Assembly (NCBI GenBank): GCA_050115495.1
Contig: JASFQK010000035.1
Location: forward strand, 12,514-76,513
Direction of reading: 5' to 3'
From: Phycisphaerae bacterium
GTDB taxonomy: Bacteria > Planctomycetota > Phycisphaerae > UBA1845 > Fen-1342
Length of the DNA: 64,000 nucleotides
Shown here: in pieces, positions 38,321 through 48,900 of the stretch
How the letters are laid out: the number at the start of each line of letters is the position of its first letter
Position numbering within the stretch: position 1 is the first letter of the stretch
Notes under the pieces: generated by a model
What the model was told of the DNA's origin: nothing
The model's database searches: none
What the model saw: only the letters and a program-made list of their open reading frames with translations
Position numbers and translations under genes: made by a program

Positions 38321-40990
38321 TCAGGCTCGCGCCGGGTCGACCGCCTCGGGGTCCAGGCCCAACTCGCCGAGCGCCGCCCCCAGGCGCTCCGCCGGATAGG
38401 CCCCGCGTCGCGCCAATTCGTACAGCGCGGCGTAGGCGATATGCTCGGCGTCGGTCTCGAAGTGCCGCCGCAGGGCCGCCCGCGTGTCACTGCGGCCGAA
38501 GCCCTCGGTGCCCAGCGAACAGATGCCCGCCGGCGTCCACGGGCACAGCCGCTCGGCCAGGGCGTTCACGTAGTCGCTCGTGGCGATCGCCGGCCATGGC
38601 TCGGGGTCGAACTGCTGCCGGATGTACGGCGTGCGCTGCGGCTCGCCCGGATGCAGGCGGTTCCAGCGCTGCGTGGCCATCGCGTCGCGGTAGAGCTCGT
38701 TGTAGCTGGTGACGCTCCAGACTGCCGACCCCACGATGAACCGCGATTGCAGGATCTCCTGGGCCCGCAGCGCCTCGCGCAACAGCGGACCGCTGCCCAG
38801 CAGGTGCACGCGCGGAATGCCGGTCGCATCGGGCGCGGGCCGCACCTTGTACATCCCGCGCAAGATGCCCTCGTTCACGTCCTCCGGCAGCGGCGGCTGT
38901 TCGTACAGCTCGTTGTACACCGTCAGGTAATAGAAGATGGATTCCTGCTTCTCGTACATCCGGCGGATGCCGTCGTGCAGGATCACCGCCAATTCGTACG
39001 CGTACGCCGGGTCGTACGAGACGCAGTTCGGCACGGTGCTGGCCACGAGCTGGCTCTGCCCGTCCTGGTGCTGGAGCCCCTCACCGGTGAGCGTCGTCCG
39101 GCCGGCGGTGCCACCCACGAGGAAGCCACGCGTGCGCAGGTCGGCCGCCGCCCAGATGCTGTCGGCCACGCGCTGGAAGCCGAACATCGAGTAGAAGATG
39201 AAGAACGGAATCGTGTTCACGCCGTGCGTGGCATAAGCGCTGCCGGCGGCGGTGAACGAGGCCATCGAGCCGGCCTCGGTGATACCCTCTTCGAGAATCT
39301 GCCCGTTCTTCCGCTCCTCGTAGCGCATCAGCAGGTGGGCGTCGACCGGCTCGTAAAGCTGGCCGGTGCGGGCGTAGATGCCATACCGGCGGAACAGGGC
39401 GTCCATGCCAAACGTACGGGCCTCGTCCGGCACGATCGGCACGATCAACCGCCCGAGCTCCGGATCGGCCAGCAGCCGGGCCAGCATGCGCATGAAGGCC
39501 ATCGTCGTCGCCGCCGGCGTCGCGCCACCGCCCTTGTAGAACTCGGCGAAGACCTCCGGCGACGGTGCGGGCAGCACGGGACTAGTGGCCCGCCGGTGCG
39601 GCAGCGAGCCGCCGAGCGCCTCCCGCCGGGCCATCAGGTACTCGTATTCCTGGCTCGATTCGGGGAAGCGGCAGAACGGCGCCTCGTCGATCTGCTGATC
39701 GCTGACCGGAATATCGAAACGATCGCGGAACTTGCGCAGCTCCTCCTCGCTAAGCTTCTTCTGTTGATGGGTGATGTTCTTCCCCTCGCCCGCCTCGCCC
39801 AGGCCGTACCCCTTGATTGTGCGGGCCAGCACGACCGTCGGCTGTCCGCGGTGCGCCGTCGCGGCAGCATAAGCGGCGTAGACCTTCTCCGGATCGTGAC
39901 CGCCGTAGCGCAGGTTGCGGATCTGCTCATCCGTCAGATGGTCGACCAGCTTGGCCAGGCGCAGATCGCGACCGAAGAAGTGCTCGCGGGCGTACGCCCC
40001 GGACTCGACCGTGTACCGCTGCCACTCGCCGTCGACGATCTCGTGCATGTGTTCGATGAGCGCCCCATCCGCATCGGCCGCGAACAACGGGTCCCAGTCA
40101 CTGCCCCAGATAACCTTGATCACGTGCCAGCCGGCACCGCGGAAGGCCGCCTCCAATTCCTGAATGATGTTGCCGTTGCCGCGAACCGGCCCGTCGAGCC
40201 GCTGCAGATTGCAGTTCACGACCCACGTGAGGTTGTCGAGCTGCTCGCGGCCGGCGAGCGTGATCGCCCCCAGGCTTTCTGGCTCGTCCGTCTCGCCGTC
40301 GCCAAGGAAGCACCACACACGTGACCGCGACGTATCCAGCAGACCGCGGTCCGTCAGATAGGCGTTGAAGCGCGCCTGGTAGATCGAGCTGATCGGCGCC
40401 AGTCCCATCGAGACGGTCGGGAACTCCCAGAAGTCGGGCATCAGCCACGGATGCGGATACGACGACAGACCACCGCCGGGGGCCAGCTCCCGCCGGAAGT
40501 TGTGCAGCTTCTGCTCGTCGAGCCGCCCTTCGAGAAACGCCCGGGCGTACACACCGGGAGCAGTATGCCCCTGGATGTAGATCTGGTCGCCGGGCTCGTC
40601 GTCGGTGCGGGCCCGGAAGAAGTGGTTGAAGCCGATCTCGTACAACGTGGCTGCCGAGGCATACGACGAGATATGCCCGCCGATGCCGTCGGCCGCCCGG
40701 TTCGCCCGCACAACCATCGCCATGGCGTTCCAGCGGACGAAGCTCTTGATCCGCCGCTCGATCTCCCGGTCGCCGGGAAACGGCGGCTGCTCGGCGGCGC
40801 GGATGGTGTTCATGTAGGGCGTATTCGGCGCGAACGGGAAGACGATCTGCCGCCGACGGGCCCAGCGGCAGAGCTGTTCGAGCAGAAACTCGATGCGCTG
40901 CGTCCCGGACTGGCGCGTGGCCGACTCGGCGGAGGCGATCCACTCGGCGGTCTCCAGCGGATCGGAATCCTGGTGGTTCATCGGCGACAT
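38321..40990 (-). CDS. aceE: Pyruvate dehydrogenase E1 component, homodimeric type
   Basis: DPLETAEW, GGHISSYAS, SSYPHPWLMPDFW, GDGETDEPES, YSMFGFQR, GEGLQHQDG. Confidence 0.96.
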   Translation of the reverse strand: MSPMNHQDSDPLETAEWIASAESATRQSGTQRIEFLLEQLCRWARRRQIVFPFAPNTPYMNTIRAAEQPPFPGDREIERRIKSFVRWNAMAMVVRANRAADGIGGHISSYASAATLYEIGFNHFFRARTDDEPGDQIYIQGHTAPGVYARAFLEGRLDEQKLHNFRRELAPGGGLSSYPHPWLMPDFWEFPTVSMGLAPISSIYQARFNAYLTDRGLLDTSRSRVWCFLGDGETDEPESLGAITLAGREQLDNLTWVVNCNLQRLDGPVRGNGNIIQELEAAFRGAGWHVIKVIWGSDWDPLFAADADGALIEHMHEIVDGEWQRYTVESGAYAREHFFGRDLRLAKLVDHLTDEQIRNLRYGGHDPEKVYAAYAAATAHRGQPTVVLARTIKGYGLGEAGEGKNITHQQKKLSEEELRKFRDRFDIPVSDQQIDEAPFCRFPESSQEYEYLMARREALGGSLPHRRATSPVLPAPSPEVFAEFYKGGGATPAATTMAFMRMLARLLADPELGRLIVPIVPDEARTFGMDALFRRYGIYARTGQLYEPVDAHLLMRYEERKNGQILEEGITEAGSMASFTAAGSAYATHGVNTIPFFIFYSMFGFQRVADSIWAAADLRTRGFLVGGTAGRTTLTGEGLQHQDGQSQLVASTVPNCVSYDPAYAYELAVILHDGIRRMYEKQESIFYYLTVYNELYEQPPLPEDVNEGILRGMYKVRPAPDATGIPRVHLLGSGPLLREALRAQEILQSRFIVGSAVWSVTSYNELYRDAMATQRWNRLHPGEPQRTPYIRQQFDPEPWPAIATSDYVNALAERLCPWTPAGICSLGTEGFGRSDTRAALRRHFETDAEHIAYAALYELARRGAYPAERLGAALGELGLDPEAVDPARA

Positions 40991-41192
40991 GGTATTGCCC
41001 CTGTCTTGCGTACCTTCATTGCCTGGATGGAGCGGTGCCTTCGGCCACGCACACAACCGCGCTAGTTATTATAGTCGCCGCCCCGGCCATGGACCGGCCG
41101 GCATCGCGATATTGCTCCGGCCTATGCCGACCGCTACACTTCCCGCCGGCGGGGTAATCATGCCTGTACCCGCCTTTTGGGAGGCGTAATCC

Positions 41193-43862
41193 GTGGAAAC
41201 GCTGGTCATCCTGGTGCTGGCGTTGCTTGCTGTACCGGTCATCGCCCTCGTTCTGGCCATATGGGCCCTGTCGCGGCTGGGCGAACTCCAGCGCAAGCTG
41301 GAGCGGCTGGAGGGGCACCTGCGCCAGCGGGACCAAACGCCGGTCCACCCAGCGCCGCCGACACCCCACGTTCCACCAGCGGCCGAACCCGAGCCGCCAT
41401 CTGCCGCGGAACCCCCACCGCCGTCGGTCGAAGCGCCACTTTCGAGCCACCTGCTCGATCTGAGGAAGAAAGCGGAACAGCCGGAGGTACCGACCGGCGT
41501 GGCGGAGCCAGCGCCACCGATCAGCGTGGCGGACGTCAGCCCCGAGACCAGCAAACCCGAACCCGCGCCGGCACGCCCGCGGTTAGAGGAGCTGCTGGGC
41601 ACGCGGCTGTTCGTGTGGATCGGCGCGTTGGCGATCTTCCTGGCCGGCGCGCTCTTCGTGAAATTCGCCATCGACCTCGGCATGCTCACGCCGACCGTCC
41701 GCGTCGTCCTTCTGACCGCCCTGGGTGCGGTGCTGCTGGTGCTGGGCGAGTGGTGGCGCGTGCGTTACGCGCGAATCGCCCAGGGCGTCACTGCCGCCGG
41801 CGTGGCCTGCCTGTTCGCCGCGTTCCTCGCCGCCGTGAACCCGTGGCACCTCATTCCCCGCGAGGTCGGCTTCGCCCTGCTGGCGGCGAACACAGCGCTG
41901 GCCGTCGGCCTGTCCCTGCGACAGGGTCCGTTCGTCGCCCTGCTCGGCCTCATCGGCGGATTCGCGACACCGGCTCTGATCGGCTCGGAAGAACCTCAAC
42001 CGGGCGTGCTCTTCACCTACCTGTTCCTGCTGCAAGCCGGTCTGCTGACTGTCACGCGCCGCCGGCAATGGTGGCCGCTGGGCTGGCTGACGCAGGTGGC
42101 CGCCCTGGGCTGGGTGGCGTTGTGGCTGTTCACGAATTACGTGCCGGCCGACAGCGTCTGGATCGGACCGTTCCTGATCGCCGGCGTGGTGGTATTCGTG
42201 GCGGCCACCTTCCAGCGCCCGTCGCCAAACCGTGCCGGTACACAGAACAACGAAACCATCGCCATCCTCGGGGCGATCGCCGGACTGGTGATGCTCGCCG
42301 TGCTCGTCGGGGCCGGCGGCTTCGCCACCATGGACTGGGTGTTCCTGGGCCTGCTCGGCGCGGGCGCCATGGTCCTGGCCCGACTGGACGCCCGGTACGA
42401 GCCGCTGGCGTGGATCGCGCCTGCGGCCAGCGCCGCCCTGCTGATCGCCTGGGGCCTGAAGCTGCCCCCGGCGGATACGGTCCGGTTCGGCCAAACCGCC
42501 CTCGCCCTGGGCGTCCTCTACGCCGGGGGCGCCTACGCCGCCTCGTGGGGGGCGCGTCTCGCCGCCGCCTGGGCCAGCGTCTCCGTCGCGTTGGCGCTGG
42601 CCTATCTACTGATTAGTTATGGTTGTCTTGAGTATCTGCCCGCACGACCGGCGGGCCTGCGCTGGGGCGCGATCTGCCTCATCCTGGCGGCGATCTACGC
42701 CGTCGGTTCGGTGCCGATCTTCCTCCGCCGTGCCCGTGTGGCGGGCAGCGAGATGACGCTGGCTGCCCTGCTGACGGGCGTCACCTGCTTCGTGAGCCTG
42801 GCCATGCCGATCGAGCTCGAGAAGCACTGGATCGGCGTGGCCTGGGCGCTCGAAGTGCCCGCCCTGGCCCTGATGGGTGGATGGCTGCGCGTGCCCGCAC
42901 TGCGGACGCTCGCCGGCGGCCTGGCGATCCTGGCAACCGGCTGGCTGTGTCAGCCCGGCGTGCTCTGGTATCCGCTGGGGACGAACCCGGTCTTCGACTG
43001 GATCGTCTACGCCTACATCGTCTCGGCCGTCGCCTTCGCCGTTGCCGCGTGGAGCTATCAGCGGCAAGGCGTTCTGGTCCTGGCCGACGCATTGCGGGCG
43101 GGCGTCGTGCTGATGGTGCTCGCCCTGTTGACGCTGAAAGTCCGGCGATACTTCCATCCAGAGGCGCTGCACGAGCTGGAATACTCGCTTCGGGAATGTG
43201 CGGCGTACACGAGCGCCTGGCTGCTGCTGGCCGCCGGGGCGGCGTTTTGGGCGCGGCGGGCCGGGCAATACTGGCTGCCGCTGGCCGGCAACATCGTCTT
43301 CGCCGGCGCCGCGCTCCTCGTTCTCGGCGTGCTCGCCCTCGCCAACAACCCTACGTGGAACCACGACTCGATCGGTGCGCGGCACATCATCAACGACCTG
43401 CTCCTGATCTACGGCCTGCCGGCGCTGCTGATGCTCCCGCCCGCCTTTCTCTTCGCCCGCCGCGGCGAGCGGGACGCGGCGCGCGTCGCCGGCGGTCTGG
43501 CGCTCGGCCTCATCTTCCTGCTGGTGACACTGGAGGTGCGGCAGTGGTTCCGCGGCGAGTTCCTGGACGGCTCCGGAGCCACGTTGGCCGAGTCGTACGC
43601 CTACTCCGCCGCGTGGATCGCCCTGGGCATTACGCTGCTGGCCGGGGGCATTGCGACCCGCGGACTCGTCTTGCGCTGGGGGTCGCTGATCGTCATGCTG
43701 CTCTCGGTCGGCAAAGTGTTCCTCTTCGACACGGCTCACCTGCGCGACCTGTATCGCGTCTTCTCGCTGCTCGGGCTGGGGGTGAGCCTGCTGCTGCTGG
43801 CGTTTCTGTATCAGCGCTTCGTCTTCCGCCGGGAGGCCCCAACGCCACCGCCCGAGACATGA
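41193..43862 (+). CDS. DUF2339-family polytopic membrane protein
   Basis: LEELLGTRLFVWIG, GGFATP, AYSAAW, KVFLFDTAHLRDLYRVFS. Confidence 0.88.
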   Translation: METLVILVLALLAVPVIALVLAIWALSRLGELQRKLERLEGHLRQRDQTPVHPAPPTPHVPPAAEPEPPSAAEPPPPSVEAPLSSHLLDLRKKAEQPEVPTGVAEPAPPISVADVSPETSKPEPAPARPRLEELLGTRLFVWIGALAIFLAGALFVKFAIDLGMLTPTVRVVLLTALGAVLLVLGEWWRVRYARIAQGVTAAGVACLFAAFLAAVNPWHLIPREVGFALLAANTALAVGLSLRQGPFVALLGLIGGFATPALIGSEEPQPGVLFTYLFLLQAGLLTVTRRRQWWPLGWLTQVAALGWVALWLFTNYVPADSVWIGPFLIAGVVVFVAATFQRPSPNRAGTQNNETIAILGAIAGLVMLAVLVGAGGFATMDWVFLGLLGAGAMVLARLDARYEPLAWIAPAASAALLIAWGLKLPPADTVRFGQTALALGVLYAGGAYAASWGARLAAAWASVSVALALAYLLISYGCLEYLPARPAGLRWGAICLILAAIYAVGSVPIFLRRARVAGSEMTLAALLTGVTCFVSLAMPIELEKHWIGVAWALEVPALALMGGWLRVPALRTLAGGLAILATGWLCQPGVLWYPLGTNPVFDWIVYAYIVSAVAFAVAAWSYQRQGVLVLADALRAGVVLMVLALLTLKVRRYFHPEALHELEYSLRECAAYTSAWLLLAAGAAFWARRAGQYWLPLAGNIVFAGAALLVLGVLALANNPTWNHDSIGARHIINDLLLIYGLPALLMLPPAFLFARRGERDAARVAGGLALGLIFLLVTLEVRQWFRGEFLDGSGATLAESYAYSAAWIALGITLLAGGIATRGLVLRWGSLIVMLLSVGKVFLFDTAHLRDLYRVFSLLGLGVSLLLLAFLYQRFVFRREAPTPPPET

Positions 43863-44037
43863 TGGGCACCGCCGTGGCCGCTCCACCCGTAACCCGTTGG
43901 CTCCGGGTACCTTACAATCAGTTCTCGGACCCCGGCCCGGACAGCCCGCGGCCAACCCGTTGCAGCCCGCCGTCCCCTGCGGTATGATGCGCGGTTCGAG
44001 GTTGGAACGGCAGGAACGCTGGTCGCGAGGAGCTACC

Positions 44038-44352
44038 GTGTACGCGATATTCGAAGATGGCGGGAAGCAATATAAGGTAAGTACGGGCGACAAGGTCCTG
44101 CTCGAACGGCGCGACCTGCAAGAGGGTCAGACCGAACTGACGCTCGACAAAGTCCTCATGGTCGGCGAAGGCGCGGAGTCCCGCGTCGGCACCCCCTGGG
44201 TCGAAGGCGCCACCATCTCCGCCAAGATCGTCCAGGAGCTCAAGCTCCTCAAGGTCACCGGCGTCAAGTTCCGCCGGCGGAAGGGCTCCATGGTCCGCTG
44301 GGGCCACCGCCAGAAGGCGCTCAAGGTCGAGATCAGCGCGATCAATGCCTGA
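44038..44352 (+). CDS. rplU: 50S ribosomal protein L21
   Basis: YAIFEDGGKQYKV, GTPWVEGA, KFRRRK, GHRQ; GTG start. Confidence 0.96.
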   Translation: MYAIFEDGGKQYKVSTGDKVLLERRDLQEGQTELTLDKVLMVGEGAESRVGTPWVEGATISAKIVQELKLLKVTGVKFRRRKGSMVRWGHRQKALKVEISAINA

Positions 44353-44977
44353 CAACCTGACGGCTATCAACCGGCGGCGGCGCAGCGCTGGCTGTGCCGC
44401 CGCCGTTCTATTGGGCCTGCTGACCGGCCCGCTTTTCGGTCAACAGCCGCCCACCACACAGCCCGCCACCCAGCCCGTCACCACGCAACCTGCCAAACCC
44501 GAGACCATCGCCGAGACACGAGCCCGCCTGAAAGCCACCAAGCTCTCCGATCGTGAGGCCGCCCTCGTCGCCGCGCTCGACCTGGTCGTCGCTCTCGGGG
44601 CTGCGGACGGCCCGCGGGCGGCTGAGTTGATCGACGCCGTCGGCTACGAACCGCTACCGATGTGGGGCCCCCTGCCACTCGATCCACCCCGCCCGATCCC
44701 CCGCGACGAGATCGCCACCCGCTTCGCCCAGCGGCCGCGGGCTCCGCTCGATCTCCTGCCCCCCACCTGCCTCGACACCATGGATCAGAAAACACTGCTG
44801 AAGGAATTCCCGGCGGCGGGTACATGGATGCTCCCGCAGGATTGGGCCGTCATCATCCGGCCGATCGAAGGGCAGACCGGCTGGGTCTCCCGGCGGACGT
44901 ACCTGATCGTCCGCGTGCGGGCCGGAAAGCCGGCGATCATCGGCGGCGATCTCCTCGCCGCCTTGGCCCAGCCCTGA
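44345..44977 (+). CDS. Exported hypothetical protein
   Basis: Signal-like N-terminus then TTQPATQPVTTQPA; overlaps rplU stop. Confidence 0.6.
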   Translation: MPDNLTAINRRRRSAGCAAAVLLGLLTGPLFGQQPPTTQPATQPVTTQPAKPETIAETRARLKATKLSDREAALVAALDLVVALGAADGPRAAELIDAVGYEPLPMWGPLPLDPPRPIPRDEIATRFAQRPRAPLDLLPPTCLDTMDQKTLLKEFPAAGTWMLPQDWAVIIRPIEGQTGWVSRRTYLIVRVRAGKPAIIGGDLLAALAQP

Positions 44978-45036
44978 GCCCGCGCCCCCGCCGGCGAGCA
45001 TTGCCAATCGCCCCCAGCCGTGATACCACTCCCCAC

Positions 45037-45765
45037 ATGCGACACGATGGCCGCCAGCCCGACGAGTTGCGCCCCGTTGAGTTCCTCCGCGCGTTCACCC
45101 AGGTCGCCCCGGGCTCCGTCCTGGTGCGCGCCGGCCGCACGCACGTGCTCTGCACAGCGAGCATTGTGGACGGTGTGGATGCCTGGCGCGAGGCCAGCGG
45201 CGCCGGCTGGGTCACCGCCGAGTACGACATGCTCCCCGGATCGACCCCCGAACGCCGGCGGCGCAACCGCACCAAGGTCGACGGCCGGGCCACGGAGATC
45301 CAACGGCTGATCGGCCGCGCCCTGCGGGCCGTGGTGGATATGCCCAAGCTCGGCCAGCGGACGATCTACCTCGACTGCGACGTCCTCCAGGCCGACGGTG
45401 GCACACGCACGGCGGCCGTCAACGGTGCGTACGTCGCCTTGGTCGATGCCCTGGCCGAAGGCCGGCGACGCGGTTGGTGGGGCGACGACGTCCTGCGGGC
45501 GGGTGTGGCCGCGGTGAGCGTCGGCATCGTCGACGGACAGATCCTGCTCGACCTGAACTACGTCGAGGACTCCTCGGCCGACGTCGACTGCAACCTCATC
45601 ATGACCGATCGCGACGAGTGGGTCGAAGTGCAGAGCACGGCGGAACGTGCACCCTTCCATGACGACCAACTGACCGGCATGCTCACGCTCGGCCGCCAGG
45701 GGATTCGCCGGATGCTGCAGTTGCAGCAGCAGGCGCTGGCCGCCGCGCCGGCGGGAGGAGGGTAG
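45037..45765 (+). CDS. rph: Ribonuclease PH
   Basis: MRHDGRQPDELRP, GWVTAEYDMLP, EIQRLIGRALR, DVLQADGGTRTA, LLDLNYVEDS. Confidence 0.97.
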   Translation: MRHDGRQPDELRPVEFLRAFTQVAPGSVLVRAGRTHVLCTASIVDGVDAWREASGAGWVTAEYDMLPGSTPERRRRNRTKVDGRATEIQRLIGRALRAVVDMPKLGQRTIYLDCDVLQADGGTRTAAVNGAYVALVDALAEGRRRGWWGDDVLRAGVAAVSVGIVDGQILLDLNYVEDSSADVDCNLIMTDRDEWVEVQSTAERAPFHDDQLTGMLTLGRQGIRRMLQLQQQALAAAPAGGG

Positions 45766-45768
45766 ACC

Positions 45769-46644
45769 GTGACCAGCAGGCGACACACCGGGCGGATCGC
45801 GTGGCGGGTGAGTCTGCCGGCCCTGCTCTTGTGGGTGGCGGGCTGTGCGAGCGGCGAGTTCGCCCCGCGTCCGGGACCGGGGCAGGAAGGCGTGTGGGCC
45901 ATCCGTTGCACGGCCCTGCGTGGGCCCGAGCGCCAGCGGCAGGCGGAGGATTGTGCCAAGTCGCTGGGCGGTGTCGCCGGCCTCCGCGCCGACGGCGTGC
46001 TGGTCGTCGACAACGGCCGCGAGAGCATCGTTTACTACGGCCGCTACCGCCGGGACTACGATGCCCGCAGCGGAGAGCACCGCTATCGGCCGGATCACCT
46101 GCGGGACATCGAGCTGATCCGTAGCCTGAGCTTCAACACGGACGGTCGGGTCACGTTCCCGTTCCTGTACGCGACGATGGAGGAGCTGCCGACGGAACGG
46201 TCGGCGCCGGCGGCGTGGGACCTCAACAACGCCGACGGCTACTGGTCGCTGCAGGTGGCGGTCTTCTTCAACGACGAGGACATCACCAACCGCCGGCAGC
46301 TCGCCGAAGAGTATTGCCGCGTTCTGCGCGAGCAGGGCGAGGAGGCGTACTACCACCACGGCGCGGTGAACAGCATCACGACGGTCGGGCTGTTCCCGAA
46401 GGCGGCGGTGCAAACGATCACGCAGAAGGACCCGTGGACCGGGTATCTGACCGCGGTCAACCGCGTCGTCGACGAGCGGGCCGTCGCCTTGCAGAAGCGC
46501 TTCCCCGACAACCTGCACAACGGCCGGCGGCTGCTCGACATCGTGCGCGACCCGAAGACCGGCGAGATCAGAGAGCGCGTGCCGCGTGAGTCATTCCTGG
46601 TGAAGGTCCCCGGAGCCGCGGCGGCCGGGGACAACGGCGGGTAG
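45769..46644 (+). CDS. Hypothetical lipoprotein, possibly with two SPOR-like domains
   Basis: Lipobox VAGC; WSLQVAVF...AEEYCRVLREQGEEAYYHH...TVGLF. Confidence 0.6.
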   Translation: MTSRRHTGRIAWRVSLPALLLWVAGCASGEFAPRPGPGQEGVWAIRCTALRGPERQRQAEDCAKSLGGVAGLRADGVLVVDNGRESIVYYGRYRRDYDARSGEHRYRPDHLRDIELIRSLSFNTDGRVTFPFLYATMEELPTERSAPAAWDLNNADGYWSLQVAVFFNDEDITNRRQLAEEYCRVLREQGEEAYYHHGAVNSITTVGLFPKAAVQTITQKDPWTGYLTAVNRVVDERAVALQKRFPDNLHNGRRLLDIVRDPKTGEIRERVPRESFLVKVPGAAAAGDNGG

Positions 46645-46648
46645 AGCC

Positions 46649-47266
46649 ATGCCCGAAGTCCTGCTGGCCACGCGCAACCTCGGCAAGCTGCGTGAGCTGC
46701 GAGAGATCGCCGCCGGCAGCCCGCTGCACTGGCGCGGCCTCGCCGACTTCCCCGATGTTCCCGACGCTGAAGAAACCGAAGCCAGCTTCGCCGGCAATGC
46801 CCGGCTGAAGGCCCTGCACTACGCGGCGGCGACCGGACTGTTCACACTGGCGGACGATTCCGGGCTCGAGGTGGACGCTCTCGGCGGAGCGCCGGGCGTG
46901 CACTCGGCCCGCTACGCCGGCGAGCCGAGCAACGACCAGGCCAACAACCGCAAGCTGCTGGCGGCCCTGGCCGACGTCCCACCCGAGCGGCGAACGGCCC
47001 GGTTCCGCTGCGCCATGGCCTTCGCCCGTCCCGGCGAGGTCCTGCGCGAGAGCCAGGGCGCCGTCGAGGGCCGCATCATCGCCGAGCCGCGCGGCGACAA
47101 CGGCTTCGGTTACGATCCGCTGTTCCTGATTCCGGCTCGACAGCGCACTGTCGCCGAGCTTCCCGGCGACGAGAAACACGCGCTCAGCCATCGTGGGCAG
47201 GCCCTACGGGCCATGCTGCCGCAGATCGAAGAGGTCCTCCGCGCCCTGGGTCAATGGCCGACCTGA
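46649..47266 (+). CDS. rdgB: dITP/XTP pyrophosphatase (Ham1 family)
   Basis: ATRNLGKLRE, ADDSGLEVDALGGAPGVHSARY, GFGYDPLF, SHRG. Confidence 0.96.
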   Translation: MPEVLLATRNLGKLRELREIAAGSPLHWRGLADFPDVPDAEETEASFAGNARLKALHYAAATGLFTLADDSGLEVDALGGAPGVHSARYAGEPSNDQANNRKLLAALADVPPERRTARFRCAMAFARPGEVLRESQGAVEGRIIAEPRGDNGFGYDPLFLIPARQRTVAELPGDEKHALSHRGQALRAMLPQIEEVLRALGQWPT

Positions 47267-48897
47267 ATCCATCGCGAACGCCGGCCGCCGGCCATTGGGT
47301 CTGGCGGTACGGAGCGTGCGCGGCGCTGCTGGCCGCCGCGGTCGTCCTCAATCAGTCTGCCATCCACTGGCGTGAGAACGTCGTCGATTCGCACCTCTTC
47401 GCGTACTACGGCTGGTGCGTGGCCGACGGCGCCCGGCCGTACCTCAACGTCTGGGACAACAAGCCGCCCGGCATCTGGTGGGTCAACGCGGCGGGGTTCG
47501 CCCTCTGTGGCAAAGGCACGGCCGCCGAAGTGCTCATCTGTACGGTCGCGATCAGCCTCGCGCTGCTGGCGTTCGTCGGCTTGGCTGGCACCGTCTATCA
47601 GCGTGATCTGTTGCTGCCTGCTGCGGTCTGCGGCGGATTGTTGCTCACGCACCCGCTCTACGAGGGCGGCGCCAACCGGACGGAGACGTTTGTCATCGCC
47701 GCCGAGTCGCTGGCCGTGCTCGGCTACGCGCGTTGGTACCGCGGCGGGCGCTGGCATTGGCTGATACTGGCCGGCTTGGCGGCGGGCGCGGCCCCGCTGT
47801 TCAAGCAATCCGGCCTGGCCGCCGGCGCCGCCTGCGCCCTGCACCTGGCCGGCTCACAGCTCCTGCGCTCGCGGATGCCACTGGTGGCCGGCCAGCGGGT
47901 GCCACTGGTGGCTTGCCCACCAGTGCCGCGTCGATCGGCACTAGCCCCCTGGTTGATCGCTGGCGCCACGTTCGCAATCGCCCCCGCATTGGCAGCGGTC
48001 GCCCTCTGGCACGTCGGCGCACTCGGCGAAGCCTGGCGGGCGGTCGGCGCATTCAACCGCGCCTACTTTGCGATCGACGACGCCACGTGGTTGCGTATGG
48101 ATCGCGCGATCAGCATCTACTGGGAAACGCTCCTCCCACTCCGCTGGCTCTTCGCCGCCGCCGGCGCCGGACTCATCTGGTACATCGCGAGACACTGGCG
48201 ACGCCGGCAATCCACTTCGCCGCCGGACCCATCTACAAGCGGCGTCATGCTGCTGTGGCTGTGGTTCCTGCTGGCAGCGTATCTGGCGTGCGTCGGACCC
48301 GGGCGACGCGGACACCACTTCCTGCCCGTCCTGCCGGCACTCGGCCTGCTGGCGCTCTACCCGCTGCACCGGCTGGCCTGGCCCGACGGGTTATGGGTCC
48401 GCCTCACCCGCCGGCCGACGGCGGTCGCGATCTTCGTCCTATATGGCTGGATGCTCGGCCAGTTCGGCGACGGCAGTGTTGTCGAGATGCAGCGCTGCTG
48501 GAAAGTCAAACAAGCGTGGTGGTCGGCCGACTACGCCAAGACGCCCGACTACATGCAACAGGCCGCCGAAATCCGCCGACTGACCACACCCGACGACACC
48601 GTCTACGTCTGGGGCTGGAGTCCGGGAACGTATCGCTATGGTTATCGGCGGCCGGCGTCCCGCTTCGCGACACTGGAGAAGCTCGGCCAGGTCGGCCAGC
48701 ACGCCCGCTTCATCCTCGACGGCGCCGTCGCCGACGTGCAGCGCGAGCCGCCGCGCGTCTTCGTCATCTCCGTCGGCGACCTTACCGGCATGCATCAGGA
48801 CGACGACCGGAGCATGGCCGACTGGCTCGACCAGCACTACGTCGACCAGGGCATCGTCGGCGGCATGCACATCCTGCTCCGTCGGGAGCCGCGCTGA
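47254..48897 (+). CDS. GT-C fold membrane glycosyltransferase (ArnT/PMT-like) containing an in-frame REP
   Basis: DSHLFAY, PYLNVWDNKPPG, ANRTETF, FKQ, many TM helices. Confidence 0.82.
   Translation: MADLNPSRTPAAGHWVWRYGACAALLAAAVVLNQSAIHWRENVVDSHLFAYYGWCVADGARPYLNVWDNKPPGIWWVNAAGFALCGKGTAAEVLICTVAISLALLAFVGLAGTVYQRDLLLPAAVCGGLLLTHPLYEGGANRTETFVIAAESLAVLGYARWYRGGRWHWLILAGLAAGAAPLFKQSGLAAGAACALHLAGSQLLRSRMPLVAGQRVPLVACPPVPRRSALAPWLIAGATFAIAPALAAVALWHVGALGEAWRAVGAFNRAYFAIDDATWLRMDRAISIYWETLLPLRWLFAAAGAGLIWYIARHWRRRQSTSPPDPSTSGVMLLWLWFLLAAYLACVGPGRRGHHFLPVLPALGLLALYPLHRLAWPDGLWVRLTRRPTAVAIFVLYGWMLGQFGDGSVVEMQRCWKVKQAWWSADYAKTPDYMQQAAEIRRLTTPDDTVYVWGWSPGTYRYGYRRPASRFATLEKLGQVGQHARFILDGAVADVQREPPRVFVISVGDLTGMHQDDDRSMADWLDQHYVDQGIVGGMHILLRREPR
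47876..47926 (+). repeat. Intragenic REP, CACTGGTGG family (partial + full copy)
   Basis: GGGTGCCACTGGTGGCTTGCCCACCAGTGC at 47897-47926, identical to intergenic copies. Confidence 0.85.
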
Positions 48898-48900
48898 GAG

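Noticed and set aside
38321..40990. aceE without adjacent aceF/lpd as a novelty
   Set aside because: Split PDH gene arrangements are common; partners may lie elsewhere
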